Shown here in pieces: positions 28,542-38,832 of a stretch of DNA of 64,000 nt (position 1 is the first letter of the stretch; every line of letters starts with the position of its first letter). The translations under genes were made by a program, and so were the position numbers. Under the pieces are notes generated by a model, which was not told the DNA's origin, made no database searches, and saw nothing but the letters and a program-made list of their open reading frames with translations. This stretch comes from Eubacteriales bacterium (lineage in GTDB: Bacteria > Bacillota > Clostridia > Oscillospirales > CAG-382): contig JAZQFS010000025.1 of the NCBI GenBank assembly GCA_045539625.1, forward strand, positions 18,626 to 82,625, written 5' to 3'.

Positions 28542-30538
28542 CTTATTTCAGAACCTGCCGGAATTTCGTCATCAAGGAAGTTAACGAAAAGCTTATCTCC
28601 TGCGCTTGCCGCAAGAATCATACCGAAGGATTCAACACCACGAAGCTTTACGGGCTTAAGATTTGCAACAAGTGCAACCTTCTTACCGATAAGCTGTTCG
28701 GGAGTATATGCCTTGGCGATGCCCGAGACTACCTGTCTCTTGTTTCCGCTGCCGTCATCAAGCTGCAAGCAAAGAAGCTTGTCGGACTTGGGAACCGGCT
28801 CACATTCAAGAACCTTTGCACAGATAAGCTTAACCTTGCAGAAATCATCAATGGTAATCTCCTGCACTTCCTCTGCTTTTTCTTCAGCCTTTTCTTCGGA
28901 CTTTGCCTTTGCCTTTTCTTCTTTAGCCGCCGCCTTTTCTGCCGCAAGTCTGTCTGCTTCAAGACGTGCATTAAATTCCTTTTCGTCTATTCTCATAAAC
29001 AAAGGTGTGGGAGTAGCGGTTACCTTTGCACCGTCCTCGTATTCAAAGCCAAACTTTTCTGCATCTGACCAGCTTTCAATTTTAAGCTGTGTCTTATTAT
29101 CGGCTGAGCAAATCTGAGTCATAATTGTATCGGCTGCCACAGGGATAAAGGGTGAGAGCATTATGGCACAAATTCTGATACCTTCAACAAGGTTATAAAG
29201 AACGGTGGAAAGTCTGTCCTTCTTGGTTTCGTCCTTACCGAGAACCCACGGTGCAGTTTCGTCTACATACTTATTAAGTCTTCTGAGAACTGCCATAATT
29301 TCGTCTGTAGCATCTGCAATGTGAAGTGTTTCGATAGCTTCTGTTACCTTCTTATATCCGTTTTCAACGGTAGAAATAAGGTCGTTGTCAAGCTCTGCGT
29401 CAACCTCGCCTGTTTTGGGAATTACGCCGCCGAAATACTTATTGACCATGGCAACTGTTCTGTTAACAAGGTTTCCGAGAGTATTAACAAGGTCGGCATT
29501 AAACTTATTTACAAGCATTTCATAGGTAATTGAGCCGTCATTGAGGAAAGGCATTTCAGCAAGAGTATAGTATCTTACGCCGTCTGTACCGATAAGGTCT
29601 GCAAGATAGTCGGCATACATTACATTGCCTCTTGATTTTGACATCTTGTCCATTCCCGAAAGAAGCCAGGGGTGACCTAAAATCTTCTTGGGCATAGGCT
29701 CACCCAAAGCCATAAGGATAACAGGCCAGTAAATGGTATGGAATCTTAAAATATCCTTACCGATAATCTGAAGGTCTGCAGGCCAGTTCTTCTTATACAA
29801 ATCGCTGCTTTCATCTACATCATAGCCGATAGCCGTTATGTAGTTGATAAGTGCATCCATCCACACATAAATAACGTGACCTGGGTCAAATTCTATGGGC
29901 ACGCCCCACTTGAAGGTGGAACGGGATACGCAAAGATCCTGTACACCGGGCTTTATAAAGTTATTTATCATTTCCTTCTTTCTTGCTTCGGGAACAACAA
30001 AGTCGGGGTGTGAATCAAGGTATTCTTCAAGGGGTTTCTGATACTTTGAAAGCTTGAGAAAATATGCCGATTCCTTTGCACGTGTAACTTCTCTTCCGCA
30101 GTCGGGGCACTTGCAATCCTTTGCCTGTGTGTCCGTCCAGAAGCTTTCACAGGGAGTACAGTACCAGCCTTCATACTCACCCTTATAGATATCGCCCTTA
30201 TCGTACAGCTTTTTGAAAATTTTCTGTACCGCCTTAACGTGATAATCGTCTGTGGTACGGATAAATCTGTCATAGCTGATATTCATTTTTTCCCAGATTT
30301 TCTTCATTTCGCCCGTGATGTTATCAACATACTGCTGAGGTGAAATTCCGCTTTCTGCCGCCGCATTTTCAATCTTCTGACCGTGTTCGTCAGCTCCCGT
30401 AAGGAACAGAACATCATAACCGCAAAGTCTCTTGTAGCGTGCTATGCAGTCGGTGAGAATCATTTCATAGGTGTTACCTATGTGAGGCTTTCCCGAGGTA
30501 TAGGGAATGGCGGTGGTGATATAATACTTTTCTTTCAT
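28538..30538 (-). CDS. metG: Methionine--tRNA ligase with a C-terminal tRNA-binding (EMAP/Trbp111-like) domain
   Basis: YTSGKPHIGN (HIGH), KMSKS, a CPDCG zinc knuckle, and a C-terminal domain with GIAK.Y.PE.L.GK.V..V.NLKP.KLRG..S.GM. Confidence 0.95.
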   Translation of the reverse strand: MKEKYYITTAIPYTSGKPHIGNTYEMILTDCIARYKRLCGYDVLFLTGADEHGQKIENAAAESGISPQQYVDNITGEMKKIWEKMNISYDRFIRTTDDYHVKAVQKIFKKLYDKGDIYKGEYEGWYCTPCESFWTDTQAKDCKCPDCGREVTRAKESAYFLKLSKYQKPLEEYLDSHPDFVVPEARKKEMINNFIKPGVQDLCVSRSTFKWGVPIEFDPGHVIYVWMDALINYITAIGYDVDESSDLYKKNWPADLQIIGKDILRFHTIYWPVILMALGEPMPKKILGHPWLLSGMDKMSKSRGNVMYADYLADLIGTDGVRYYTLAEMPFLNDGSITYEMLVNKFNADLVNTLGNLVNRTVAMVNKYFGGVIPKTGEVDAELDNDLISTVENGYKKVTEAIETLHIADATDEIMAVLRRLNKYVDETAPWVLGKDETKKDRLSTVLYNLVEGIRICAIMLSPFIPVAADTIMTQICSADNKTQLKIESWSDAEKFGFEYEDGAKVTATPTPLFMRIDEKEFNARLEADRLAAEKAAAKEEKAKAKSEEKAEEKAEEVQEITIDDFCKVKLICAKVLECEPVPKSDKLLCLQLDDGSGNKRQVVSGIAKAYTPEQLIGKKVALVANLKPVKLRGVESFGMILAASAGDKLFVNFLDDEIPAGSEIR

Positions 30539-30558
30539 TTTATCTACTTCCTTTCGGA

Positions 30559-31410
30559 TTATTCTACATTATTCTGTGCCGTATACAGCACCTTTGATAT
30601 ATCCTTTGATACCATTTCCTTGGTATACAAATACTTTGAAAACATCGTTATGCACAAAAACACGTATGGAATTGTGTACAAAACAAACAAAAATCCAAGT
30701 GTAAACAGTGACAGCACAAAAAGAGGCATAAAGCTGAAAACAAGCTTAGTCATTTCTCTTTTTGAAGATGCACAGCAAACATTTGCCGTGAAAAAGCAAT
30801 TGGTTATGCTTTCCTCAGGTCTTTCAACGGTAACATAAATTCCAACAAAAACTTTTGATGAAAGAATTACGCCAACAGCCAAAAGCACCACATATGCCGT
30901 TTCCAGCAAAAGAAAAATTGCATCATATCCGAAAACCGACACAGTTCTGCCGAACATTCCCTGAGTATAATATGTGCCGTTGAAAATGCCAAGCGCTATT
31001 GCAGGAAGAAAATTCAGTATGCTTTTCCACACGGCATACAATGCTGTTTTATAGCTTCGCACCAGCATTTTCGGGCTTTCAAAAGCGAAAAACATATGGG
31101 AAAGCCTTGAGTTTTCGTTTTTCAACGCATTTACCTCAAAATTAAATATGCCGTACCCGATAGGTACCATCACATAAAATGAGATGACATAAAACAGCGA
31201 AAACCACAGCACCGTAAGATACCTGTTATCTGTCAGAGTATAAAAAGCCGATGCAACGCCTGCACCGAACTGCATAAGTCCGAAATACACAGCACCTGCA
31301 ATAAGAAAGGCAAACATATGGCTGATCCAATCACGGTACAAAAGCTTTCTTGCAGTTCGTTTGAAAAATCTGCGGCGTTTTCCGCAGGATTCGTAATACT
31401 GTTCAGTCAA
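30559..31410 (-). CDS. Multi-pass membrane protein of unknown function
   Basis: 283 aa with about 6 hydrophobic segments. Lies 20 nt upstream of metG on the same strand. Confidence 0.45.
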   Translation of the reverse strand: MTEQYYESCGKRRRFFKRTARKLLYRDWISHMFAFLIAGAVYFGLMQFGAGVASAFYTLTDNRYLTVLWFSLFYVISFYVMVPIGYGIFNFEVNALKNENSRLSHMFFAFESPKMLVRSYKTALYAVWKSILNFLPAIALGIFNGTYYTQGMFGRTVSVFGYDAIFLLLETAYVVLLAVGVILSSKVFVGIYVTVERPEESITNCFFTANVCCASSKREMTKLVFSFMPLFVLSLFTLGFLFVLYTIPYVFLCITMFSKYLYTKEMVSKDISKVLYTAQNNVE

Positions 31411-31459
31411 GCATTTCCCTCCTTCGGCATTTTTTCTATTATTTGGATTTTTTCGGCAT

Positions 31460-32608
31460 TTATGCCTTATATACCGTATTTCCTTTGAAAAGCGTCATTT
31501 TTAAATTTCCGTCTTTATCAAAAATTACGGCATTTGCATCGTTGCCCGCTTTTACAAGGCGTTTTTCGGTATCAAGTCCCACGCAATTCATGGGATTTAT
31601 ACTTGCACACTTTACCGCCTCATCAAGGCTGACGAGAGCAAAATTCATATAATTCTTAACGCCGTTGCAAAGACTGAGACTGCTTCCTGCAAGGCAGTTA
31701 TATTCAACATTCATAATTTTGCCGTCTACAACCTGCTCCTTCATACCGCTTGAGCTTAACACCGTTGTGCCCTCTTCACAGCCGCAAAGAAGAACGGAGT
31801 CTGTGATAAGCACCGCCTTGTCAGCACCCTTTGCCTTTGAAAACAGCTTTACCACCGTTTTATCAACGTGCACGCCGTCGCAGATTATTTCCGCATAAAT
31901 GTCCTCTGCAAGCGCCGTTCCCAGAACGCCCGGTTCTCTGTGATGAAGAGGATTCATACCGTTAAAGGTATGGGTTACACAGTTTGCGCCCTTTTCAATT
32001 GCCCCGTGACAAACCTCACTGCTTGCAACAGAGTGTCCCATTGTCACCTCAATGCCGTTTTGGGTGCAGAACTCAATAAATTCCATTGCACCTTCAAGCT
32101 CGGGAGCAACGGTAAATCTTACTTTAAGGTCGCCTGCTTCACGCAGTACAGCCTTTGCAAGACCTATATCGGGATTTCTGAGAAGTGCCTCATTATGTGC
32201 TCCTTTTCTTGCGGCACTTAGAAAAGGTCCTTCAATGTGAACACCCGATATTTCAAGCTTTGCCACCATTTCGCTTGCTTTCTTTATGTTCTTAACCGCC
32301 TCGATAACCCCTTCAAAGCTCATTGTTGCCGTTGTGGGAAACAGATAGTTTACACCGCAGGAAGAATACCAATCCTGCATTGATGCAATCTCTTGTGCTG
32401 TTGCCTGCGAGGAGTCAACAAGCTTTGCACCGTGGGTATGAATATCGCAAAGACCGCCGTAAAGTATGCCTCCGTCGGCATCTATAACTTCATCGGCGCA
32501 GCAAGGAATATTCTTTGTTATTTCCTTGAATTTTCCGTTTTCAATTACAACAACACTGTCTGCACTTGTATCATTGCAGCTGAGTTTCACATTTTTTATT
32601 ACTGTCAT
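31460..32608 (-). CDS. nagA: N-acetylglucosamine-6-phosphate deacetylase
   Basis: Motifs GLCDIHTHG, GVHIEGPF, MGHS and THTFNGMNPLHHREPG. Confidence 0.9.
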   Translation of the reverse strand: MTVIKNVKLSCNDTSADSVVVIENGKFKEITKNIPCCADEVIDADGGILYGGLCDIHTHGAKLVDSSQATAQEIASMQDWYSSCGVNYLFPTTATMSFEGVIEAVKNIKKASEMVAKLEISGVHIEGPFLSAARKGAHNEALLRNPDIGLAKAVLREAGDLKVRFTVAPELEGAMEFIEFCTQNGIEVTMGHSVASSEVCHGAIEKGANCVTHTFNGMNPLHHREPGVLGTALAEDIYAEIICDGVHVDKTVVKLFSKAKGADKAVLITDSVLLCGCEEGTTVLSSSGMKEQVVDGKIMNVEYNCLAGSSLSLCNGVKNYMNFALVSLDEAVKCASINPMNCVGLDTEKRLVKAGNDANAVIFDKDGNLKMTLFKGNTVYKA

Positions 32609-32620
32609 AATTACACCGCC

Positions 32621-33244
32621 TTAGCTGTTAAAGCTGTTCATTGCCTTGTCCGTTTCGCCCTTATTCATGAGTATGAGAGCCTCACAGACATCGTCAAATC
32701 TTGCCGTAAGTGCTTTCATTTCGTCATCGGTAAAATGAGACAGCACCCAATCGGCAAGCACCATTTCAGGATGAGGCTTTTTACCTACACCCATTTTAAT
32801 TCTCTTGAATTCTTCCGTACCGAGGCACTCGATAATGGATTTTATCCCGTTATGACCGCCTGCACTTCCCTTTTTCTTAATTTTGAAGGTGCCCGGCTCA
32901 AAAGAAGTATCGTCAAAAACCACCGTAATATTTTCCACGGGAATTTTATAAAACTTTGCCGCCTTTGCAACCGCCGTTCCCGACAAATTCATAAAGGTCT
33001 GCGGAAGCATAAGGAGTGTTCTGTTACCGCCGACCACCGCTTCTCCCACAAGGGCATCGAATTTGGAGGTTGTAATGCTGCAATTCCACTTTTTCGATGC
33101 ATAATCAAGGGTGAGAAAACCTGCGTTATGGCGGGTTGTCTTGTACTTATCACCGGGATTGCCCAGTCCCACAATCATATGGGTTATGGGAGTTTTGGTA
33201 TCCTCTTTTTTTTCAATTTTCTTAAAAAGGTCAAATATATCCAT
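32621..33244 (-). CDS. pth: Peptidyl-tRNA hydrolase
   Basis: Motifs IVGLGNPG..Y..TRHNAGF and GHNG.KS. There is a 22-aa N-terminal extension relative to the usual start, and the internal ATG has no RBS. Confidence 0.9.
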   Translation of the reverse strand: MDIFDLFKKIEKKEDTKTPITHMIVGLGNPGDKYKTTRHNAGFLTLDYASKKWNCSITTSKFDALVGEAVVGGNRTLLMLPQTFMNLSGTAVAKAAKFYKIPVENITVVFDDTSFEPGTFKIKKKGSAGGHNGIKSIIECLGTEEFKRIKMGVGKKPHPEMVLADWVLSHFTDDEMKALTARFDDVCEALILMNKGETDKAMNSFNS

Positions 33245-33262
33245 GTTTTTTCTTTCTTAGAT

Positions 33263-33721
33263 TTAGAGTTTTTCATAGCCTTCCCCTTGAGGGGAAGCCT
33301 TTTGGGTACAAAACGCCATTTCAAACAGCTCTTTTGCTCTCAATATGTTACCCGAAACATACAGATATCCCATAAGAGCCTCAAAGCCCGTGGCACGTCT
33401 GTATTGAATAAGCTCGCCGTGTTTGGGAGTAAAATGCGTCTTGGCATTACGCCCTCTCTTGAAAACACTCATTTCCTTTTCCGTCAGCTTGTCGAGAATA
33501 CGTTCAATGCCGTCGCTCTGAGCTTCACAGGTAATAATCGCCTTTGAGGCACGTACAAGTGCCCCCGGCTTTACTTCTCCGCTGAAATTCAACACATAGT
33601 CTCTTGCAAAAAGCTCCATCACGGCATCGCCCATATACGCAAGTGCAAGTATGGGAAAGGTGTCGGGGTTTTTATCTTCTGCGAAAAAGCCTATCTGCGT
33701 TTTACTTACACTCTCTTCCAT
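33263..33721 (-). CDS. mrnC: Mini-ribonuclease 3
   Basis: LALAYMGDAVMELFARDY motif. In the usual position directly after cysS, overlapping it by 16 nt. Confidence 0.85.
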   Translation of the reverse strand: MEESVSKTQIGFFAEDKNPDTFPILALAYMGDAVMELFARDYVLNFSGEVKPGALVRASKAIITCEAQSDGIERILDKLTEKEMSVFKRGRNAKTHFTPKHGELIQYRRATGFEALMGYLYVSGNILRAKELFEMAFCTQKASPQGEGYEKL

Positions 33722-35154
33722 TTAGCACCCTGAGGAGTATCCTCAATAACAATACCTCTTGCTTTTAAGTCGTCTCTGATTTTATCGGCTGTTGCCCAAT
33801 CCTTTGCCTTCTTTGCTTCGGCACGCTTGGCAACAAGTGCATCAATCTCGGCGTCCTCGTCGCTGTTTTCGCTCTCTTTAATTTCAAAGCCGAAGAGAGT
33901 GATAAGCTCCATATAGATTTCCTTAGCCTTTTCAAGGAACTCAAGGGAAAGGTTTTCATTTGCAAGAGCCTTGTTTATATCACGTGTAAGCTCAAAGATT
34001 GCCGCAATACCGTCGGCTGTATTGAAGTCATAGTCAAGAGCTTCGCACATCTGTGTTCTTCTGCCCTCAAAGCCTTCAAGCAGTTTCTTTTCTTCCTCGG
34101 TAATTGCACCTGCACCGTTTTCCTTTGCAACCTTTATTCTGAAGGTGAGGTTTTCTTCACAAGTATGGAATCTTTCAACGCTGGTTTTCGCCTGATTCAT
34201 AGCTTCAACGCAGTAGTTGACAGGGCTTCTGTAATGAGCAGAGATAATGAAGAAGCGGATAGCTTCGTAGCCGTAAACCTTTGCAACGTCTCTTACCTTA
34301 AAGGAAATGCCGCTCTTTGACATCTTCTGACCGTCGGTAAGAATGTATGCGTTATGAAGCCACATTTTTGTAAATGTAGTATCTGCGCAGCCCTTACAGT
34401 CATTGTAGCTTTCGGACTGAGCAATTTCGTTTTCGTGATGAGGGAATGCAAGGTCTTCTCCGCCTGCATGAATATCAATGTTATTGCCGAGATACTTTTT
34501 GCTCATCGCAGAACATTCGATATGCCAGCCCGGTCTTCCGTTACCCCAGGGAGATGCCCAATAAGGCTCGCCCGGCTTTGTTGCCTTCCATACAGCAAAG
34601 TCAAGGGGATCTTCCTTGATATCTGCAACGTCAATTCTTGCACCGCTGATAAGGTCATCAATATCCTTATGAGAAAGCTTGCCGTAGCCCTTGAACTTTC
34701 TTGTTCTGAAGTACACGTCATAATCTTCCTTTTCGGGATAGGGCTTTACTGCATAAGCATAGCCGTTATCAACAAGAGTCTTTACGATGTCAATGATTTC
34801 ATCGATATTTTCTGTTGCTCTCGGGTGATTTGTTGCAGGCTTTACACCAAGTCCCTTGGCATCGGTAAAGTATTCTGCAATGTACTTTTCCGCCACTTCC
34901 TTTACTGTTGTGCCTTCCTCGTTGGCACGCTTAATCATCTTGTCGTCGATGTCGGTAAAGTTCTGTGTAAAGTTTACCTTATAGCCTCTGTATTCAAGGT
35001 AACGTCTGAGAAAATCAAACACTACAAAGCATCTTGCGTTACCTACGTGGAAAAAGTCGTAAACGGTAGGTCCGCAGGCATACATCTTTACAGTTTCGCC
35101 GTCAAGGGGTTTGAGCTCTTCGTACTGTTTTGTCATTGTGTTGTATAATTTCAT
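33706..35154 (-). CDS. cysS: Cysteine--tRNA ligase
   Basis: Begins [12 protein letters not shown], then [15 protein letters not shown] (HIGH) and KMSKS. The ATG at 35154 follows GGAGAG, so the track extension is rejected. Confidence 0.95.
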   Translation of the reverse strand: MKLYNTMTKQYEELKPLDGETVKMYACGPTVYDFFHVGNARCFVVFDFLRRYLEYRGYKVNFTQNFTDIDDKMIKRANEEGTTVKEVAEKYIAEYFTDAKGLGVKPATNHPRATENIDEIIDIVKTLVDNGYAYAVKPYPEKEDYDVYFRTRKFKGYGKLSHKDIDDLISGARIDVADIKEDPLDFAVWKATKPGEPYWASPWGNGRPGWHIECSAMSKKYLGNNIDIHAGGEDLAFPHHENEIAQSESYNDCKGCADTTFTKMWLHNAYILTDGQKMSKSGISFKVRDVAKVYGYEAIRFFIISAHYRSPVNYCVEAMNQAKTSVERFHTCEENLTFRIKVAKENGAGAITEEEKKLLEGFEGRRTQMCEALDYDFNTADGIAAIFELTRDINKALANENLSLEFLEKAKEIYMELITLFGFEIKESENSDEDAEIDALVAKRAEAKKAKDWATADKIRDDLKARGIVIEDTPQGAKWKRV

Positions 35155-35213
35155 ATTATCTTCACTCTCCGTATTAATTCCACGTGTCGATGGGGGCATC
35201 GACACCTGCGATT

Positions 35214-35891
35214 TTATTGTTTATTCTCATTATCCTTCTCTGCCAGTTTTTTTTCAAGTGCCTCAATACGCATATAAAGCTTGCAAAGCTCCTGAGAAAC
35301 AGGGTCGGGAATGTGAATCTGGTCAAGGTCGTTTTTAGCGGGACAGTCGGGATTCTGCTTTTTGCTTTTGCCCGTAAAAATCATTCTTGCGGGAACACCC
35401 ACTGCCGTTGCTCCTTCGGGAACTGTATCAAGCACCACCGCACCTGCCGCAATTTTTGCGTTATCGCCAACAGTAAAAGGACCAAGCACCTTTGCACCTG
35501 AGCCTACCATTACGTTATTGCCCAAAGTCGGGTGACGCTTTCCCGTATCCTTACCTGTACCGCCGAGGGTAACTCCCTGATAGATAGTGCAGTTATCACC
35601 CACAACCGCCGTTTCGCCGATAACAACGCCGCTTCCGTGGTCAATGAGAAGTCCCTTGCCTATAGTTGCTCCGGGGTGAATCTCAACGCCTGTCATAAAA
35701 CGTGCAAACTGGCTTATCCAGCGTGCTATAAATTTCCTGTTATGCTTATAAAACCAATGGGCAAATCTATGGTAAATTACAGCATGAAGTCCCGAATAAA
35801 GAAAGAATATTTCCGCACCGCTTCTTGCAGCAGGGTCTCTTTCTTTAATGGAACGGATATCATATCTCAGTCTATCAAACACAGACAGCAC
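35214..35891 (-). CDS. cysE: Serine O-acetyltransferase
   Basis: IKERDPAARS....F.LYSGLHA...HR.AH motif, followed by hexapeptide repeats (IHPGA.IG....IDHG.GVVIGETA). Confidence 0.9.
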   Translation of the reverse strand: MLSVFDRLRYDIRSIKERDPAARSGAEIFFLYSGLHAVIYHRFAHWFYKHNRKFIARWISQFARFMTGVEIHPGATIGKGLLIDHGSGVVIGETAVVGDNCTIYQGVTLGGTGKDTGKRHPTLGNNVMVGSGAKVLGPFTVGDNAKIAAGAVVLDTVPEGATAVGVPARMIFTGKSKKQNPDCPAKNDLDQIHIPDPVSQELCKLYMRIEALEKKLAEKDNENKQ

Positions 35892-35895
35892 CTCT

Positions 35896-36510
35896 TTAAA
35901 TTGTAATGTATTTTTTGTATGCCATAATATACTGCATACCCGAATAAATGGTAAAGAATACCATTACCGCCATACAGACATATGTAAGAGGTGTACACGC
36001 CGCAAAGTTTTCAAGTCCCAGAGCCGAGAAGATTACAGGCTCCAAAATAAGAAGCTCAACAAATATGCACTGAGAAAATGTCTTGATTTTACCCGGCATT
36101 GCCGCCGCAATAACAACCTTTTCGCCTGTTACCGCAATAAGTCTTATACCGCTTACAGCAAGCTCTCTGAAAATAGTTATTGCAGTAGCAAGAACAAGCC
36201 ACAGTCTCATATTATCATAAACATAAATGCCCGCCATAAGTGCGCCGATAACCATAAACTTATCTGCAAGAGGATCCATAAATTTACCGAAGCTTGTTAC
36301 AAGGTTATTCTTTCTTGCTATTTTGCCGTCAACAAAGTCTGTTATTGCAGCACCCAAGAAAAGCACGGCAGATACTATGTAAAGTGCAAGTCTTACTCCA
36401 TCGCTTTCCGTATTTTTGGTAAGCATCATACTTACCATAAACAGCGGTACCATAACGATTCTGATTATCGTAAGCTTATTGGGAAGATTCATATTTTTAA
36501 AAGCATTCAT
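35896..36510 (-). CDS. pgsA: CDP-diacylglycerol--glycerol-3-phosphate 3-phosphatidyltransferase
   Basis: PNKLTIIRI and DG.IAR......FGKFMDPLADK motifs. The ATG at 36510 follows AAGGACGG. Confidence 0.9.
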   Translation of the reverse strand: MNAFKNMNLPNKLTIIRIVMVPLFMVSMMLTKNTESDGVRLALYIVSAVLFLGAAITDFVDGKIARKNNLVTSFGKFMDPLADKFMVIGALMAGIYVYDNMRLWLVLATAITIFRELAVSGIRLIAVTGEKVVIAAAMPGKIKTFSQCIFVELLILEPVIFSALGLENFAACTPLTYVCMAVMVFFTIYSGMQYIMAYKKYITI

Positions 36511-36526
36511 TTTCAAAGCCGTCCTT

Positions 36527-37879
36527 TCACACAATTACTTCGCCAAGAAGGTCATAGTCCAAAACCTCTGTGATTTTTACGTTTACAAACTCACCCTCGC
36601 CGATTTTTCTGGCTTTGGATGAAAAATAAACCTTGCCGTCAATTTCCGGGCTGTCATATTTACTTCTGCCGAAATACACGCCCGATGCCTTGTCATAGCC
36701 CTCGCAAAGCACCTCAAGCACCTTGCCTACCTGCTTTTGGTTGAATTTTTCGTGAATATCAAACTGATTCTGCATCAAAGAATCGTATCTTCTCTGCTTT
36801 GTCTTTTCCGAAACTATTCCTTCCTTGATGTTCGCCGCAGGTGTTCCCTCCTCGCAGGAAAATTGGAAAACGCCAAGACGTTCAAACTTTACTTCCTTTA
36901 AAAACTCCGCAATTTCCGCAAACTCCTTGTTGCCTTCACCCGGAAAGCCCACTATTACCGTTGAACGTATTGCAATTCCCGGAACATTGTCACGAAGCAG
37001 CTTTATTCTTTCTCTTATTAGCTCGCCGTTTCCTCTGCGGTTCATAAGCTTTAAAACCTTATCGGAAATATGCTGAATGGGAAGGTCAACGTATTTTACG
37101 ATTTTGTCTTCCTCGGCAATGGTCTTTACAAGCTCTTGTGTAATCTCTTCGGGATAACAGTAAAGAATTCTAATCCACTTGATACCGTCAATCTTACAAA
37201 GCTCACGAAGAAGCTTATCAAGGCTGTAGGTGCCGTACAAATCAAGACCGTAACGTGTGGTATCCTGCGAAACAAGAATAATTTCCTTTGCCCCCAGCGA
37301 CACCATTTCCTTTGCTTCCGCAATTATATCCTCCATAGGTCTGCTTCTGAATTTACCTCGAAGATACGGAATGATACAGTAGGTACATCTGTTATCACAG
37401 CCCTCGGATATTTTAATATATACGGAATACTCGGGAGTTGTCACAACTCTGTCGCCGCCCATGGGTGAGTTCTCGGGAAGTGTTACGCAGCTGTACTTTG
37501 GCTTTTCTCTGTTTCCGCCGTTTTCGTATGCGTACTTTACCGCTTCTGCGATTTTTTCTATATCGCCCACACCGACTATTGCGTCAACCTCAGGCATAAG
37601 CTCGAAAATCTCTTCTTTATATCTCTGAGCAAGACAGCCTGTTACAACTATTCCCTTCAGATGTCTGTTTTCTCTCAGCCATGCAACGTCAAGAATTGTT
37701 TCAATTGCTTCCTGCTTTGCACTTTCGATAAAAGCACAGGTGTTGACAACCACGACGTCTGCATGAATATCTTCTTCAACAATCTCTATATCGTTTTTCA
37801 ACAGCACTGCCAGCATCACTTCGGAGTCAAGCAAGTTCTTTGGACAGCCCAGTGACACAAATGCACACTTTATGCTCAT
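36527..37879 (-). CDS. rimO: Ribosomal protein S12 methylthiotransferase
   Basis: Begins MSIKCAFVSLGCPKN. Has the radical-SAM CDNRCTYCIIP motif and a C-terminal TRAM domain. The ATG at 37879 follows AAAGGAAA; the 70-aa track extension is rejected. Confidence 0.9.
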   Translation of the reverse strand: MSIKCAFVSLGCPKNLLDSEVMLAVLLKNDIEIVEEDIHADVVVVNTCAFIESAKQEAIETILDVAWLRENRHLKGIVVTGCLAQRYKEEIFELMPEVDAIVGVGDIEKIAEAVKYAYENGGNREKPKYSCVTLPENSPMGGDRVVTTPEYSVYIKISEGCDNRCTYCIIPYLRGKFRSRPMEDIIAEAKEMVSLGAKEIILVSQDTTRYGLDLYGTYSLDKLLRELCKIDGIKWIRILYCYPEEITQELVKTIAEEDKIVKYVDLPIQHISDKVLKLMNRRGNGELIRERIKLLRDNVPGIAIRSTVIVGFPGEGNKEFAEIAEFLKEVKFERLGVFQFSCEEGTPAANIKEGIVSEKTKQRRYDSLMQNQFDIHEKFNQKQVGKVLEVLCEGYDKASGVYFGRSKYDSPEIDGKVYFSSKARKIGEGEFVNVKITEVLDYDLLGEVIV

Positions 37880-38124
37880 GTTTATTTCCTTTCTGTAAAC
37901 ATAATTACCCTTTTTAAAACTTTTCATTATATCATACCACAATTCAAAGAAAAATTCAAGTACAAAATAAATATATTTGAATATTTTTGAAAAATAAAGC
38001 TTTTGCAAAATCGTTGTAACCGTCAACAATTTTTGCGGTATTAACTTTACAGAAACAAAAAACAAGCTCTTTTCAAAGAAAAACATCATACAATCATTCC
38101 AAAAGTAAGAAAGGAAGATATATT

Positions 38125-38667
38125 ATGAGCATAAAGAACAGACGCATATACATACTGTTAACAAGCTTCCGTGACACAGGCTCAAGGCTTCTGCGTGCCT
38201 TTACAGGCTGCCGTCACACACATGCTTCAATAGGTCTTGAAGAGGATATGAACACCTTTTACAGCTTTGTATACAGAGGCTTTATAGTTGAAAAGCTGGG
38301 AAGATACTTAAAGCCCGACTCCAAGCCCTACAAATGCCGTCTTTACGAGCTTAAGGTTACGGAAAAGGTTTACAATGCGGTAAAGGACGTAATCGAGGGG
38401 TTTAAAAATCTGAAAAGCAGACTGTCATATTCAAAGCTGGGTGTTGCCATGTGCTTATTTAAAATCCCTTACAGAAAAAAATTCAGCTACTTCTGTTCCC
38501 AGTTTGTTGCAGAAACCCTCAGACGCTCAAAAGCTGCAAAGCTGAGCCGTGACAGCTCGCTGTATTTTCCCGAGGATTTACCTGCAATATCGGGACTCCG
38601 ACTTTTATTTTCAGGCAATCACAGGGAACTGTTCAACAAATACTGTGTAAGTCTGAGTATTGTGTAA
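38125..38667 (+). CDS. Hypothetical protein; possibly a permuted papain-like (YiiX-type) hydrolase
   Basis: 180 aa. A His (THASIGL) precedes a Cys (FCSQFVAE), as in permuted NlpC/P60 folds. This is by-eye inference only. Confidence 0.3.
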   Translation: MSIKNRRIYILLTSFRDTGSRLLRAFTGCRHTHASIGLEEDMNTFYSFVYRGFIVEKLGRYLKPDSKPYKCRLYELKVTEKVYNAVKDVIEGFKNLKSRLSYSKLGVAMCLFKIPYRKKFSYFCSQFVAETLRRSKAAKLSRDSSLYFPEDLPAISGLRLLFSGNHRELFNKYCVSLSIV

Positions 38668-38702
38668 AAACTCTTCATTTGCAATACCCCTTTATCTGGG
38701 AC

Positions 38703-38729
38703 AGCCGCCATGGTGCGGCTTCTTTTTTT
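38703..38729 (+). terminator. Rho-independent terminator
   Basis: AGCCGC-CATGGT-GCGGCT followed by TCTTTTTTT. Confidence 0.8.
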
Positions 38730-38769
38730 ATCCTATATGTAAACAATAGCCGCACAAGCAAATTAATAC

Positions 38770-38798
38770 TTGAAATTGTCTTAAATTTGTGATATAAT
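38770..38798 (+). promoter_or_regulatory. Sigma-A promoter (extended -10)
   Basis: TTGAAA at 38770-38775, 17 nt spacer ending TGa, TATAAT at 38793-38798. Confidence 0.7.
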
Positions 38799-38832
38799 TG
38801 CTGTGTATCAATGAAAATAAGGATGTGATTCT

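Noticed and set aside
28523-29117. Plus-strand ORFs antisense to the metG 3' end
   Set aside because: They mirror the Lys/Glu-rich linker of MetG. No independent signals.
32393-33547. 384-aa plus-strand ORF
   Set aside because: It lies entirely antisense to nagA, pth and mrnC, all of which have strong family motifs. Its composition is low-complexity and rich in Cys, Phe, His and Arg, as expected from an antisense reading frame. No RBS.
30539-35895. Expected T-box leaders upstream of metG and cysE-cysS
   Set aside because: The intergenic spaces are only 20 nt (metG) and 4 nt (cysE), so no leader can be accommodated.
34354-36573. Plus-strand ORFs 34354-35148 (264 aa) and 35848-36573 (241 aa)
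   Set aside because: They are antisense to cysS, cysE and pgsA. They are Cys/Lys/Tyr-rich nonsense with no motifs.
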